Source of the DNA: Planctomycetota bacterium
GTDB taxonomy: Bacteria; Planctomycetota; Phycisphaerae; Phycisphaerales; UBA1924
Direction of reading: 5' to 3'
Assembly: GCA_038746265.1 (NCBI GenBank)
Contig: JBCDKU010000001.1
Location: 54,281 to 118,280, forward strand
DNA length: 64,000 bases
Shown here: positions 36,222 to 45,295 of the stretch, piece by piece
Position numbering within the stretch: the stretch's first letter is position 1
How the letters are laid out: each line of letters opens with the position of its first letter
Notes under the pieces: generated by a model
The model's input: only the letters and a program-made list of their open reading frames with translations
Database searches by the model: none
Told to the model about the DNA's origin: nothing
Position numbers and translations under genes: made by a program

Positions 36222-37253
36222 CTACTTGCCGAAAATGCCCTTGTTGATCGCGCCGGGGGCGGACAGGACCTCCGGCGCGGGCTGTGCGGCGTCGGTATCG
36301 GCGAACCAGCGTTCGATCTCGGCGGTGACGGCGTTGGTGACCTCGGTGCCGTCCACGGGCGAGACGACCGACGCGCGGACCTTGACGGTGATGCGGCGGC
36401 GGTGCGACCAGACGCGGCCCTCGGAGGGCAGATAGGCGAGCTCGGACTCGATGGCGGACTCGAGGAGCTTGACGGTGCCGCCGAAGCGCTCGCCCTGTGC
36501 GCCGAAGATGTCGAGGACGCGGCCCGTGCCGGTCGCGATGAGGACGGTCACGCCGTCGCGCTGTTCGGTGCCGACGACGGTGTAGGTCTCTTCGAGCTGG
36601 AGGTCGCCCAGCGAGTTGGCGGGCTCGCCCCCGGTGATGGTGAAGGTGTCGCCGGGCTCGAGCTCGGCGGCGGGGAGCAGGCGGAGCTTCTGGGTGAGCA
36701 GGTTCGCGAAGCGCTGGGCGGGCCATTCCTCGTTCTTGACGCGGAACTGGTTGACGAACTCGCGGCCGTGGCCCTCAAGAAAGTCGATCATGCCCCACAG
36801 GAACCGCTCGTGGGACTTGGGATCGATGGCGATGACGCGGCCGTCTTCGGTGACGCGGGTGGTGAGGGCGAGGTCCTTCATCGCGGTCCAGTCGCGGATG
36901 AGCGGGGCGAGGACGTACTGCGAGTTCTCGCGGTCGCGCTGGTCGATGTATTCGAAGAGGAGGTTCCCGTCCTGCTCGACGCGGGTGTTGACCTCGCCGA
37001 AGGTGATGGGCAGGCGTCCGTCGTCGGTGGGTAAGCCGATGGTGTGGGATCGGATCTCGGTGGTGACGTTGGACTGGACGCCGGCGTTGGAGATGCCGGT
37101 GGCGGCGAAGCGTCGCCAGGTGATGTAGGTCTCGGGGTTGGCGTGCTCGAAGCGCCAGGAGAGGTCGGTTGAGTCGGTGGTTGGTTCGGCCTTCGGCGCA
37201 TCAGCACGAGCGGCGAGCGTTCCGATGGCGGTGAGGGCGATCGCGGCGAGCAT
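36222..37253 (-). CDS. hypothetical secreted protein (first gene upstream of DUF58)
   Basis: ATG 37253 gives signal peptide MLAAIALTAIGTLAARADA. The longer ORF-track start would overlap pfk. Confidence 0.5.
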   Translation of the reverse strand: MLAAIALTAIGTLAARADAPKAEPTTDSTDLSWRFEHANPETYITWRRFAATGISNAGVQSNVTTEIRSHTIGLPTDDGRLPITFGEVNTRVEQDGNLLFEYIDQRDRENSQYVLAPLIRDWTAMKDLALTTRVTEDGRVIAIDPKSHERFLWGMIDFLEGHGREFVNQFRVKNEEWPAQRFANLLTQKLRLLPAAELEPGDTFTITGGEPANSLGDLQLEETYTVVGTEQRDGVTVLIATGTGRVLDIFGAQGERFGGTVKLLESAIESELAYLPSEGRVWSHRRRITVKVRASVVSPVDGTEVTNAVTAEIERWFADTDAAQPAPEVLSAPGAINKGIFGK

Positions 37254-37342
37254 GACCGTCTCCCAAGTGTGAATGGAATCTCTCTGATGCGTGCCGCCAC
37301 CACGCGGCCCCGCGGCTGTCTCCTGCCGGTAGCCTAGCGCGC

Positions 37343-38473
37343 ATGAAACGCCCCTCACATTCGGCACCGAAGCGGATCGGGATCCTGACCGGCGGCGGTG
37401 ACTGCCCCGGGTTGAACGCGGTCATCCGCGCGGTGGCGAAGGACGCGCTGTACCACGACATCGAGGTTTTCGGGATCGAGGACGGGTTTCTCGGGCTGAT
37501 CGAGGACCGGATCCAGCCGCTGCGGCGGGAGCACGTCTCGGGGATCCTGACCCAAGGAGGGACGATCCTGGGGTCCTCGAACAAGGCGGACCCGACGAAC
37601 TTTCAGGTCGGGAACGACGCGGACGGCAAGCCGATCATGAAGGACATGACCGAGGTGTGCATGACGCACCTCGAGGCGTCGGGGATCGAGGCGCTGGTGG
37701 TGATCGGGGGCGACGGGACGATGTCCTGCGCGAAGCCCTTCGCGGACCGCGGGATCAACTGCGTGGGCGTGCCCAAGACGATCGACAACGACCTGTGGGG
37801 CACGGACATGACGTTCGGGTTCACGACGGCCGTCGCGAATGCGACGGACGCCTTGGACAAGGTGCACACGACGGCAGCGAGCCATAACCGGGTGATGGTG
37901 GTCGAGGTGTTGGGGCGCAACGCGGGGTGGCTCTGCCTGCACGCGGGTGTGGCGTCGGGCGCGGACGTGCTGCTGCTGCCGGAGATCCCGTTTGATCTCG
38001 AGGAGATCAAGGAGGTCGTGGAGGTGCGCGCGAACCGCGGGCGGCGGTACACGATCATCTGCGCGAGCGAGGGCGCGAAGCCCAAGGGCGGGGACGTGAT
38101 CGTTGAACGGATTGTGGAGGACGCGCCCGATCCCGTGCGGCTCGGCGGCGTCGGCAAATACGTCGCGGATCAGGTCGAGGAGATGACCGGCGTCGAGTCG
38201 CGGTATGTGGTGCTGGGTCACGTGCAGCGCGGCGGCACGCCCGTCGCGGCGGACCGGGTGCTGGCGACGCGGTTCGGGCACGCGGCGGCGCGGCTGATCA
38301 CGGCGGGTGAGAAGAACCGGCTTGTTGTGCTGCACGAGGGGGAGCTTTCCGACGTTGAGATTCAGTCGGCGGCGGGGAAGCAGCGGCTGGTCGAGCCGGA
38401 CGACAACGATCTGATCGATGCCGCGCGGTCGGTGTATACGAGCTTTGCGGATGGGAAGACCGGACGGTTCTGA
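37343..38473 (+). CDS. pfk: 6-phosphofructokinase (ATP/PPi specificity not resolved from sequence)
   Basis: GILTGGGDCPGLNAVIR, VVIGGDGT (Gly at the 104-equivalent), GVPKTIDND (Lys at the 124-equivalent), LGHVQRGG. Confidence 0.85.
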   Translation: MKRPSHSAPKRIGILTGGGDCPGLNAVIRAVAKDALYHDIEVFGIEDGFLGLIEDRIQPLRREHVSGILTQGGTILGSSNKADPTNFQVGNDADGKPIMKDMTEVCMTHLEASGIEALVVIGGDGTMSCAKPFADRGINCVGVPKTIDNDLWGTDMTFGFTTAVANATDALDKVHTTAASHNRVMVVEVLGRNAGWLCLHAGVASGADVLLLPEIPFDLEEIKEVVEVRANRGRRYTIICASEGAKPKGGDVIVERIVEDAPDPVRLGGVGKYVADQVEEMTGVESRYVVLGHVQRGGTPVAADRVLATRFGHAAARLITAGEKNRLVVLHEGELSDVEIQSAAGKQRLVEPDDNDLIDAARSVYTSFADGKTGRF

Positions 38474-38479
38474 TTGAGT

Positions 38480-38497
38480 CGCCTGCCTTCGCAGGCG
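38480..38497 (+). terminator. hairpin downstream of pfk
   Basis: CGCCTGC-cttc-GCAGGCG, 7 nt after the stop. No clear U-tract. Confidence 0.35.
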
Positions 38498-38578
38498 AGT
38501 GTTGAGTCGCTGGGCTGCGTGCAAAGGGTGTAAAGCCGCCGGCGCGCGATTCTACGCGCCGTGGCTTGATTGATTCGT

Positions 38579-39976
38579 TCAATCGATGACGTTTGTCCAC
38601 GGGCTCGTGGTGTCGTTCGAGGGACCGAAGAAGACGGATCCGATTCCTTGTGTCAGGTCGCCGACGATGTAGGAGCCGGTATCGCCTTCGGGGACCCCGG
38701 TGCTGCCTGCGAGCGAGATCTCGTTGCGTGTGACTCGGCTGAAACCCGCACCGATCTCGATGGCGGCGATACTCGACACCGTAAGACTGCCGCTGATGAC
38801 ATTCGAGTCGATCAGAGAGTCCTCGTCGATGGAGACGCCGAACCGAGTGAACCCATCGATGGTGTTCCCGGTGATCCTGTTGCGGCGAATGCCCGTGATG
38901 CCGTTGGCTCCCGAGTTGCGGATCTGACAGCCGATCACGCTGGCGCCGTCCTCGGCGAAGACGCCGTCGGCCTGGGCGAAGTTGACGAGGCAGTCGCGCA
39001 CGACGGATCCTGAGTTCGCGATGATGCCGGCCGAGCCCGCGGCTGCGGCGGTGCAGTTCTCGACGGTTGCTTCTGAGCCGATCTGAATGGCCGCGCCGTT
39101 GAGTGTGCGGTTGACGACACTGCCCGCGACGCGGGAGCTGTTTCCGCCGAAGATCCCGATGCCGCCGGCGTCGCGAACGCTGCAGTTGGTGATGACCGAG
39201 CCGTCCTGCCCGAAGATGCCGTCCGAGCCGACGTTCTGAACACGGCACGACTCGATGACCGCGATCGGTCCGGCGATGATGCCGAACCGTCCGGTGTTGT
39301 TGACGGCGACGCCGGTCGCGGTGCAGCGGCTGTTCATCTCGACACCATCGCCGCGATGATCGAAGACGACGCTGTTGCGGACGGCGGAGTCGTCGCCGAC
39401 GGTGATGCCGGCGGTGGTGCCGGTGCCACCGCTGCCCGCGATGCCGCCCCCCTCGACCGAACAATCTGTCACGACGGAGAGCCGCCCGGTCAGGATGCCG
39501 TTGAGGCCCGTGTCGATGACGCGGACGTTCTCGACGATCGAGCGCTGCCCGAGCGCGACGCCGTTCTCGCCGAAACCGCGGAGGGCTCCGTTCCTGACGC
39601 GGACGTTGTTCTGGTTGGGATCGGCCGAGACGCCGATGCCGTTGATGAGCGCGGTCTGGGCTGCGGCGGTGATGGTGAAGCCGTTGAGGTCGAGGGTGAC
39701 ATCGGAGGCGCTGATGAAGATCGCGGTCTTCGTGCCGGGCAAGTCGAGGTCGCGGTCGAGGTAGTAGGAACCGGGGGCGGAGATGACGAACTCGGCGAAC
39801 GAGTTCCCGGGGGTGTTGGCGGCATTGACAATGACCCGGGGTTCGACGTCCTGGAGGCTCGGGCCGGTATCCGAGACGGGCCCGGGCGGCGGGGTGAGCG
39901 GGCCGAGCGCGCGGACCTGTCCGAGTGCGGGCGCAGCAACAGCGAGAAACAACGCGGCGACGGAGCGACGATTCAT
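38579..39976 (-). CDS. secreted right-handed parallel beta-helix repeat protein
   Basis: Signal peptide AALFLAVAAPALGQ. Many units of about 22 aa of the type N..I....G.GI....S...V..C. Confidence 0.7.
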   Translation of the reverse strand: MNRRSVAALFLAVAAPALGQVRALGPLTPPPGPVSDTGPSLQDVEPRVIVNAANTPGNSFAEFVISAPGSYYLDRDLDLPGTKTAIFISASDVTLDLNGFTITAAAQTALINGIGVSADPNQNNVRVRNGALRGFGENGVALGQRSIVENVRVIDTGLNGILTGRLSVVTDCSVEGGGIAGSGGTGTTAGITVGDDSAVRNSVVFDHRGDGVEMNSRCTATGVAVNNTGRFGIIAGPIAVIESCRVQNVGSDGIFGQDGSVITNCSVRDAGGIGIFGGNSSRVAGSVVNRTLNGAAIQIGSEATVENCTAAAAGSAGIIANSGSVVRDCLVNFAQADGVFAEDGASVIGCQIRNSGANGITGIRRNRITGNTIDGFTRFGVSIDEDSLIDSNVISGSLTVSSIAAIEIGAGFSRVTRNEISLAGSTGVPEGDTGSYIVGDLTQGIGSVFFGPSNDTTSPWTNVID

Positions 39977-40145
39977 GGTGATCCCTTCTTCCTACGACTC
40001 TCTGCGGGCCCCGCCGGGATATGCCGGGAGGCGGCCCGTGTGGCTCAGTGTGGTCGCGGGCGCGGGCGCATGCAAGCCCTGATCCGGAGCCGGGGCAGAA
40101 ATCGGGCCGACCGATCCCCGAATACGTCTCCGGGAGGTCTCACTG

Positions 40146-40421
40146 ATGCACGCTGCTGCCTATGACTCGTCGATGAACGCCCGGGAACCCTATCGAGGGA
40201 TGGTCCGTCCGCTGAAGGACAAGACGCTGGCGTATCTGCTGCTGCTGGCGTGGTTCTTGGGCGTGGGCGGCGTGCACCGGCTCTACCTGGGCAAGTGGGT
40301 GACCGGGATCATCTGGCTGCTGACGCTCGGCCTGTTCGGGATCGGGCAGTTCATCGATCTGTTCCTGACCTCGGGGATGGTGGACCGGGAGAACGCGCGG
40401 CGGATCGCGGAGGGGTATTGA
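40146..40421 (+). CDS. TM2 domain-containing membrane protein
   Basis: LAYLLLLAWFLGVGGVHRLYLGKWVTGIIWLLTLGLFGIGQFIDLFL. Confidence 0.75.
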   Translation: MHAAAYDSSMNAREPYRGMVRPLKDKTLAYLLLLAWFLGVGGVHRLYLGKWVTGIIWLLTLGLFGIGQFIDLFLTSGMVDRENARRIAEGY

Positions 40422-40451
40422 CCGCCCGCGCACGCCCGCTAGCGTCCCTCG

Positions 40452-42383
40452 ATGACGGACGCGACCGGATCTTCGACCAGCTCAGTTTCTGAACCGATCC
40501 TCGGCATCGATCTCGGCACGACGAACTCGCTCGTGGCGTATGCGGATGCGTCGGGGCCGCGGGTGTTGTCGCTGGGTGGCGATGACGGGATCGTCCCGTC
40601 GGTGGTGCGGTATCTGGATGACGGGTCGCGGGAGGTCGGCCTCGCTGCTGCGGCGGCGGCGCTGGATCATCCGCTGACGACGATCTCGAGCGTGAAGCGG
40701 CTCATGGGGCGGTCGCTCGCCGATGCGGCGGGGGATGCGCGGTACCTGAGCTACCGGGTGGTCGAGGGGGAGCACGACACGGCACGGGTGGCGCTGCCGA
40801 TCCCGTCGATGGAATCGCCCACGGTTCTCAGCCCGCAGGAGGTCTCGGCGGCGATTCTTTCGGCGCTGCGGGTGCGGGCGGAGCAGGCGCTCGGGCAGCC
40901 GGTCTCGAAGGCGGTCGTGACGGTGCCGGCGTATTTCGATGATGCGCAGCGGCAGGCGACACGGGATGCGGGGCGGATCGCGGGGCTCGATGTCGTGCGG
41001 ATCGTGAACGAGCCGACGGCGGCGGCGCTGGCGTACGGGCTTGGTCTCGCGCGCGATTCGGAGCGCAGTCTCAAGTCGCGAAACGTGGTGGTCTACGACC
41101 TAGGCGGCGGTACGTTCGATGTCTCGGTGCTGCGGATCACGCCCGGCGAAGACGCGGACGAGCCGGCGTACTTCGAGGTGCTCTCGACCGCGGGCGACAC
41201 ACGGCTCGGCGGGGACGACGTGGATCACGCGCTGGTCGAGCTGTTCGCGCGGGAGATCCGGGACGCCTCGGGGCTTGCGATCGAGACCGCGGCGGATCTG
41301 CCGCCCCAGACGCGGAAGGCGCTGGTGCAGTTCGCGCGGGCGGTGAAGCACGAGCTCTCGAACAAGGACCGCGCGCAGGTGCGGATCGGCGTGAACGCGG
41401 ACTTCACCTACGACCGCGTGCTCGAGCGGGCGGAGTTCGATGAGCTGATCGCGCCGATGGTCGAGACCTCGCTCGCGGCGTGCCGTCGGGCGCTCGATGA
41501 TGCACGGGACGATCTCGGCGGCGAGGAGATCGACGCGGTGATCCTGGTGGGCGGCTCGACACGGATCCCGCTGGTGCGGGCGCGGGTCGCGGAGTTGTTC
41601 GGGGTGGAGCCCTACACGGCGCTCGATCCGGATCGCGTGGTCGCGCTCGGGGCGGCGGTGCAGGCGTCGGTGCTCGCGGGGACGCAGACGGGGGCGCTCT
41701 TGCTTGATGTCATCCCGCTCTCGCTGGGGATCGAGACGCAGGGCGGGGCGGTCGCGAAGCTGATTGTGCGGAACTCGACGGTGCCCGCACGGGCGACAGA
41801 GATGTTCTCGACGTCGGTGGACGGGCAGGTCTCGATCAAGCTCAATGTGGTGCAGGGCGAGCGGGAGATGGTCGAGGACTGCCGATCGCTGGGGGAGTTT
41901 CACCTCGCGGGTCTGCCGCCGATGCCGGCGGGGATCCCGCAGCTGGAGGTCGAGTTCCTTGTGGATGCGAACGGCGTGCTGAAGGTTTCTGCGCACGAGC
42001 GGCGGTCGGGCAAGCGGGCGGAGCTGCAGGTGGTGCCGAACCACGGGCTGACGTCGGACGAGGTCGATCGGATCGAGGCGGAGAGCTTCGAGCACGCAAA
42101 GGAGGACATGGCGCGGCACCGGATCGCGGACCTGATCACCAACGGCAAGCTCGATCTGAAGTGGATCGGCGAGCGATACCGGAAGTTCGAGTCGGTGCTC
42201 GAGCCCGAGTACCGCGAGAGCCTCGGGGCGAAGATTCAATCGCTGCAGCAGATGATCGGCATGGCTGAAACCGATTGGCGGTCGGTGGACGCGGACGCGT
42301 TCTACACCCTCAAGCAGGATCTGGACGAGGCGAGCGTGCGGCTGCAGGAAGTCTCGATCGCGGCGAGCCTGAAAGAGGACTGA
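40452..42383 (+). CDS. hscA: Hsp70-family chaperone, HscA-like
   Basis: [26 protein letters not shown] (HscA-like), [40 protein letters not shown]. Confidence 0.7.
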   Translation: MTDATGSSTSSVSEPILGIDLGTTNSLVAYADASGPRVLSLGGDDGIVPSVVRYLDDGSREVGLAAAAAALDHPLTTISSVKRLMGRSLADAAGDARYLSYRVVEGEHDTARVALPIPSMESPTVLSPQEVSAAILSALRVRAEQALGQPVSKAVVTVPAYFDDAQRQATRDAGRIAGLDVVRIVNEPTAAALAYGLGLARDSERSLKSRNVVVYDLGGGTFDVSVLRITPGEDADEPAYFEVLSTAGDTRLGGDDVDHALVELFAREIRDASGLAIETAADLPPQTRKALVQFARAVKHELSNKDRAQVRIGVNADFTYDRVLERAEFDELIAPMVETSLAACRRALDDARDDLGGEEIDAVILVGGSTRIPLVRARVAELFGVEPYTALDPDRVVALGAAVQASVLAGTQTGALLLDVIPLSLGIETQGGAVAKLIVRNSTVPARATEMFSTSVDGQVSIKLNVVQGEREMVEDCRSLGEFHLAGLPPMPAGIPQLEVEFLVDANGVLKVSAHERRSGKRAELQVVPNHGLTSDEVDRIEAESFEHAKEDMARHRIADLITNGKLDLKWIGERYRKFESVLEPEYRESLGAKIQSLQQMIGMAETDWRSVDADAFYTLKQDLDEASVRLQEVSIAASLKED

Positions 42384-42423
42384 CGCAACCGCGGGCGTGA
42401 TTTCCAAGTAACGTCGTCCGGGC

Positions 42424-43404
42424 ATGCCGCGTTTGATGCTCAGAACGCTGTTGGTGATCACGCCGATCGAGATCGGGATGCTGGCGCTGTGCGCGGGCTT
42501 GTTCATTAACTGGGCCCCGCCCGAGTCGTGCGACCCGTCCGGCCCGGCGGCGGCGGAGCCGGAGAACGTTCTTGAGTTCGCGCCGGGTGTGCTTTCCGGG
42601 GCGATGCCGCACAAGGACGAGGGCTTTGATGCGCTGCGCGGTATGGGCGTCGTGACCGTGATCTCGGTGGACGGGGCCCGGCCCGATGTCGAGCGGGCGA
42701 GCGAGCGCGGGATGCGGTATGTGCATCTGCCGATCGGGTACGACGGGATCACGGGCGAGCGGGTCGCGGAGCTTGCTCGTGCGATCCGTGACGGGCGCGA
42801 GCGCGGGGTGGTGTACGTGCACTGCCATCACGGGACGCACCGCGGGCCCGCGGCGGCCGCGGCGGCGTTGGTGGCGCTCTGGGCGTGCTCGGTCGATGAC
42901 GGGCTGGCGATGCTGGATCGCGCGGGGACTTCGGCGGCATACTCGGGTTTGTTTGAAGCGGTGCGCGCGGCGGTGCGCGTGACGCCCGACGAGATCGAGG
43001 CTGTGGACGCGGACTTCCCGGAGATCGCGACGGTCTCGGGGTTGGTTGCCGGGATGGCCGCGATCGATCGGCACTGGGACCATCTCGAGGCGCTCAGGGT
43101 CAACGGGTGGCGGGCGCCGGCGGATCATCCGGATCTGGTCGCGGTCGCGGAGGCGGGGATCGTGGCGGATTACCTGCGCACTTTGAGCGAGCAGGCCCAT
43201 GAAGAGGCCCGCGAAGAGGCTGATGACGAAGCCGATGCGTGGCACGGTGAAGCTTTCGGCGCGGAGCTCACCGCGGCGCGGGTGAACGCCGAGATGCTGG
43301 AAGCGGTGCTGGAGCGCGGCGATATCCGGAAGGCCGACGCGCACTTCGGGTCGCTTGCTTCGCGTTGTGATGCGTGCCACGCGGCGTACCGCGATGGGCG
43401 TTGA
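42424..43404 (+). CDS. exported CX5R (PTP/DSP-fold) phosphatase-like domain fused to cytochrome c'-like (class II) domain
   Basis: N-terminal hydrophobic segment LLVITPIEIGMLALCAGLFI. P-loop VYVHCHHGTHRGP. C-terminal helical region ending FGSLASRCDACHAAYRDGR (CXXCH close to the C-terminus, as in cytochromes c'). Confidence 0.65.
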   Translation: MPRLMLRTLLVITPIEIGMLALCAGLFINWAPPESCDPSGPAAAEPENVLEFAPGVLSGAMPHKDEGFDALRGMGVVTVISVDGARPDVERASERGMRYVHLPIGYDGITGERVAELARAIRDGRERGVVYVHCHHGTHRGPAAAAAALVALWACSVDDGLAMLDRAGTSAAYSGLFEAVRAAVRVTPDEIEAVDADFPEIATVSGLVAGMAAIDRHWDHLEALRVNGWRAPADHPDLVAVAEAGIVADYLRTLSEQAHEEAREEADDEADAWHGEAFGAELTAARVNAEMLEAVLERGDIRKADAHFGSLASRCDACHAAYRDGR

Positions 43405-43410
43405 CCGGAG

Positions 43411-44454
43411 CTACGCGCCCACGCTCATCAGCACCTTGATGCCCTCGCCCGAGATCATGGTCTTGAAGGCGTCCTGGTAGTCGTCGATGCCGAAGTCCTC
43501 GTGGGTGACGATGTCGCGGAGCTGGACGCGGCCCGACAGCACGAGCTCTTCCATCTGGTACCAGGTCTCCCACATGCGGCGGCCGTTGATACCAAGCACG
43601 GTGCAGCCCTTGAAGATCACGTGCTTGTTGAAGTCGAAGGTGGGCGACTTGGCGAGCAGGCCCAGCAGCGCCGCGCGGCCGCCGTTGCGGAGGGCGTCGA
43701 AGCCCGTCGAGAGGCCCGCGTCGGAGCCCGACATCTCGAGGAGGACGTCCACGCCCTCGCCCCGGGTTGCCTTCTTGACCTCGTCGATCCAGCCCGTGCC
43801 CTCGCGGGCGTCGAAGGCTTCGACCGCGCCGAGCTTCCTGGCGAGTTCGAGGCGGCGAGGATCGATATCGGTGCAGAAGATGCGGGCCGCGCCGGCTGCT
43901 CGGGCGACGGTGACCGCCATGAGCCCGATGATGCCGACGCCCGAGATGAGGACGCTCTTGGCGGCGACGCCCGCTTCCATGACGGTGTGGACGGCGTTGC
44001 CGAGCGGGTCGAAGGTCGCGGCGACCCAGTCGGGGATCTCCGGGTGGATGGGCCAGACGTTGTCCTCGGGGACGGAGACGTACTCGGCGAAGACGCCGTC
44101 GCGGTCCACGCCCAGGATCCTGGTGTCGCTGGCGATGTGGGCCTGGCCGATCCGAGAAAGGAAGTCGTCGCCCGCGGTGATGTGGCCCTCGGCGGAGACG
44201 CGCTGGCCCTCGCTGACGCGGGTGACGGCGTCGCCCACCTTCGCGACGACGCCCGCGAACTCGTGACCGGTGACGATGCCGACGGGGATGCGTCCGGCGG
44301 CCCAGTCGTCCCACTCCCAGATGTGCCGGTCGGTGCCGCAGATGCCGGCCTTGTTGACGCGGATGAGGACGTCGCGCGGGCCGACCTCGGGGACAGGGCG
44401 GTCGGTGTCGAGGGTGAGCCCCTCGCCCGCCTGGGACTTGACGAGGGCCCGCAT
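43411..44454 (-). CDS. tdh: L-threonine 3-dehydrogenase (structural-zinc cysteines absent)
   Basis: Colinear with E. coli Tdh as recalled from memory: AGICGTDRHIWEWD, VTGHEFAG, FDPLGNAVHT, ISGVGIIGLM. Start by homology at 44454 (alternatives 44475, 44493). Confidence 0.85.
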   Translation of the reverse strand: MRALVKSQAGEGLTLDTDRPVPEVGPRDVLIRVNKAGICGTDRHIWEWDDWAAGRIPVGIVTGHEFAGVVAKVGDAVTRVSEGQRVSAEGHITAGDDFLSRIGQAHIASDTRILGVDRDGVFAEYVSVPEDNVWPIHPEIPDWVAATFDPLGNAVHTVMEAGVAAKSVLISGVGIIGLMAVTVARAAGAARIFCTDIDPRRLELARKLGAVEAFDAREGTGWIDEVKKATRGEGVDVLLEMSGSDAGLSTGFDALRNGGRAALLGLLAKSPTFDFNKHVIFKGCTVLGINGRRMWETWYQMEELVLSGRVQLRDIVTHEDFGIDDYQDAFKTMISGEGIKVLMSVGA

Positions 44455-44595
44455 CGTGGAGGGGATGGTGGTCATGCGGGCGATGCTAGACATGCACGGG
44501 GTGCGATCTGGGTGCTCGGACGTCTGTACCCAGGGAGTGGACTCCCTAAGCTTTGGTGTTTGGGGATCGTCAATGGCTTGCTTCCAGAAGGACCG

Positions 44596-44892
44596 TCAGT
44601 CGTCCGTTGAGATCGACTTCGGGCCCTCTTTGCCCGCGACGCGTTCCATGTAGCCGTCGCCCTTTTTCTCGTACTTGGTGAAGCCGAGGCGTTCGAGGTT
44701 GTCGTTGGAGAGGCTGCTCTTGGCCTTCATGTCCGACCACTTACCGGCGATGTTGGGGGCCTGCGGGACACGGTGGACGGGGCGGCCCTCGTGCTCGGTC
44801 AGGGCGTCTTCCTTGATGGACTGGACGAGCTCGAAGTGCTCGCCCGTGCCCTTTCCGTCGTCATCCAGGTACTCGTAGACGTAGGTCGGCAT
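44596..44892 (-). CDS. FmdB-family-like small protein without the zinc-ribbon cysteines
   Basis: ATG 44892. MPTYVYEY...GEHFELVQSIKEDALTE parallels the FmdB pattern MPxYEYxCxxCGxxFExxQS...L..CPxCG, but no Cys is present. Confidence 0.5.
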   Translation of the reverse strand: MPTYVYEYLDDDGKGTGEHFELVQSIKEDALTEHEGRPVHRVPQAPNIAGKWSDMKAKSSLSNDNLERLGFTKYEKKGDGYMERVAGKEGPKSISTDD

Positions 44893-44956
44893 GGGGGATT
44901 GTTGGCTCTGGATCAACACCGGGCACACACAGGCGGGACGCCTGTGCCACCTCTCT

Positions 44957-45283
44957 TTAGCCGAACATCTGGCCCGTTTCGACGTCCTGCATGCGCCAGC
45001 CGGCGGAGCGGCAGAGGCGGATCAGGACCGGGGCGGCGAGGTCGGGGTCGTAGCAGTCGATCAGGACCTGGTTCACGATCGCGTTCCCGATCGGGACGTC
45101 CACGTACATGCCGGGGCCGAAGAGGCGGCGGGTGTAGCCGCCCTCTTTCTCGGGGGCGCCGTCCACAGCGGTGTTGAACTTCGCGAGGTGGTGCGTGACG
45201 TCCTCGACCGAGCCGAGCGGGCGGTCGGAGTTGGGGTCGTCTCCCTCGCGGTTGATGAGGACGAGTTGCTTGCGCTTGCCCAC
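44957..45283 (-). CDS. hypothetical protein
   Basis: 108-aa ORF with ordinary composition and no recognisable motif. Same strand and tight spacing with the response regulator. Confidence 0.45.
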   Translation of the reverse strand: MGKRKQLVLINREGDDPNSDRPLGSVEDVTHHLAKFNTAVDGAPEKEGGYTRRLFGPGMYVDVPIGNAIVNQVLIDCYDPDLAAPVLIRLCRSAGWRMQDVETGQMFG

Positions 45284-45295
45284 GGGAGCCGGTCC

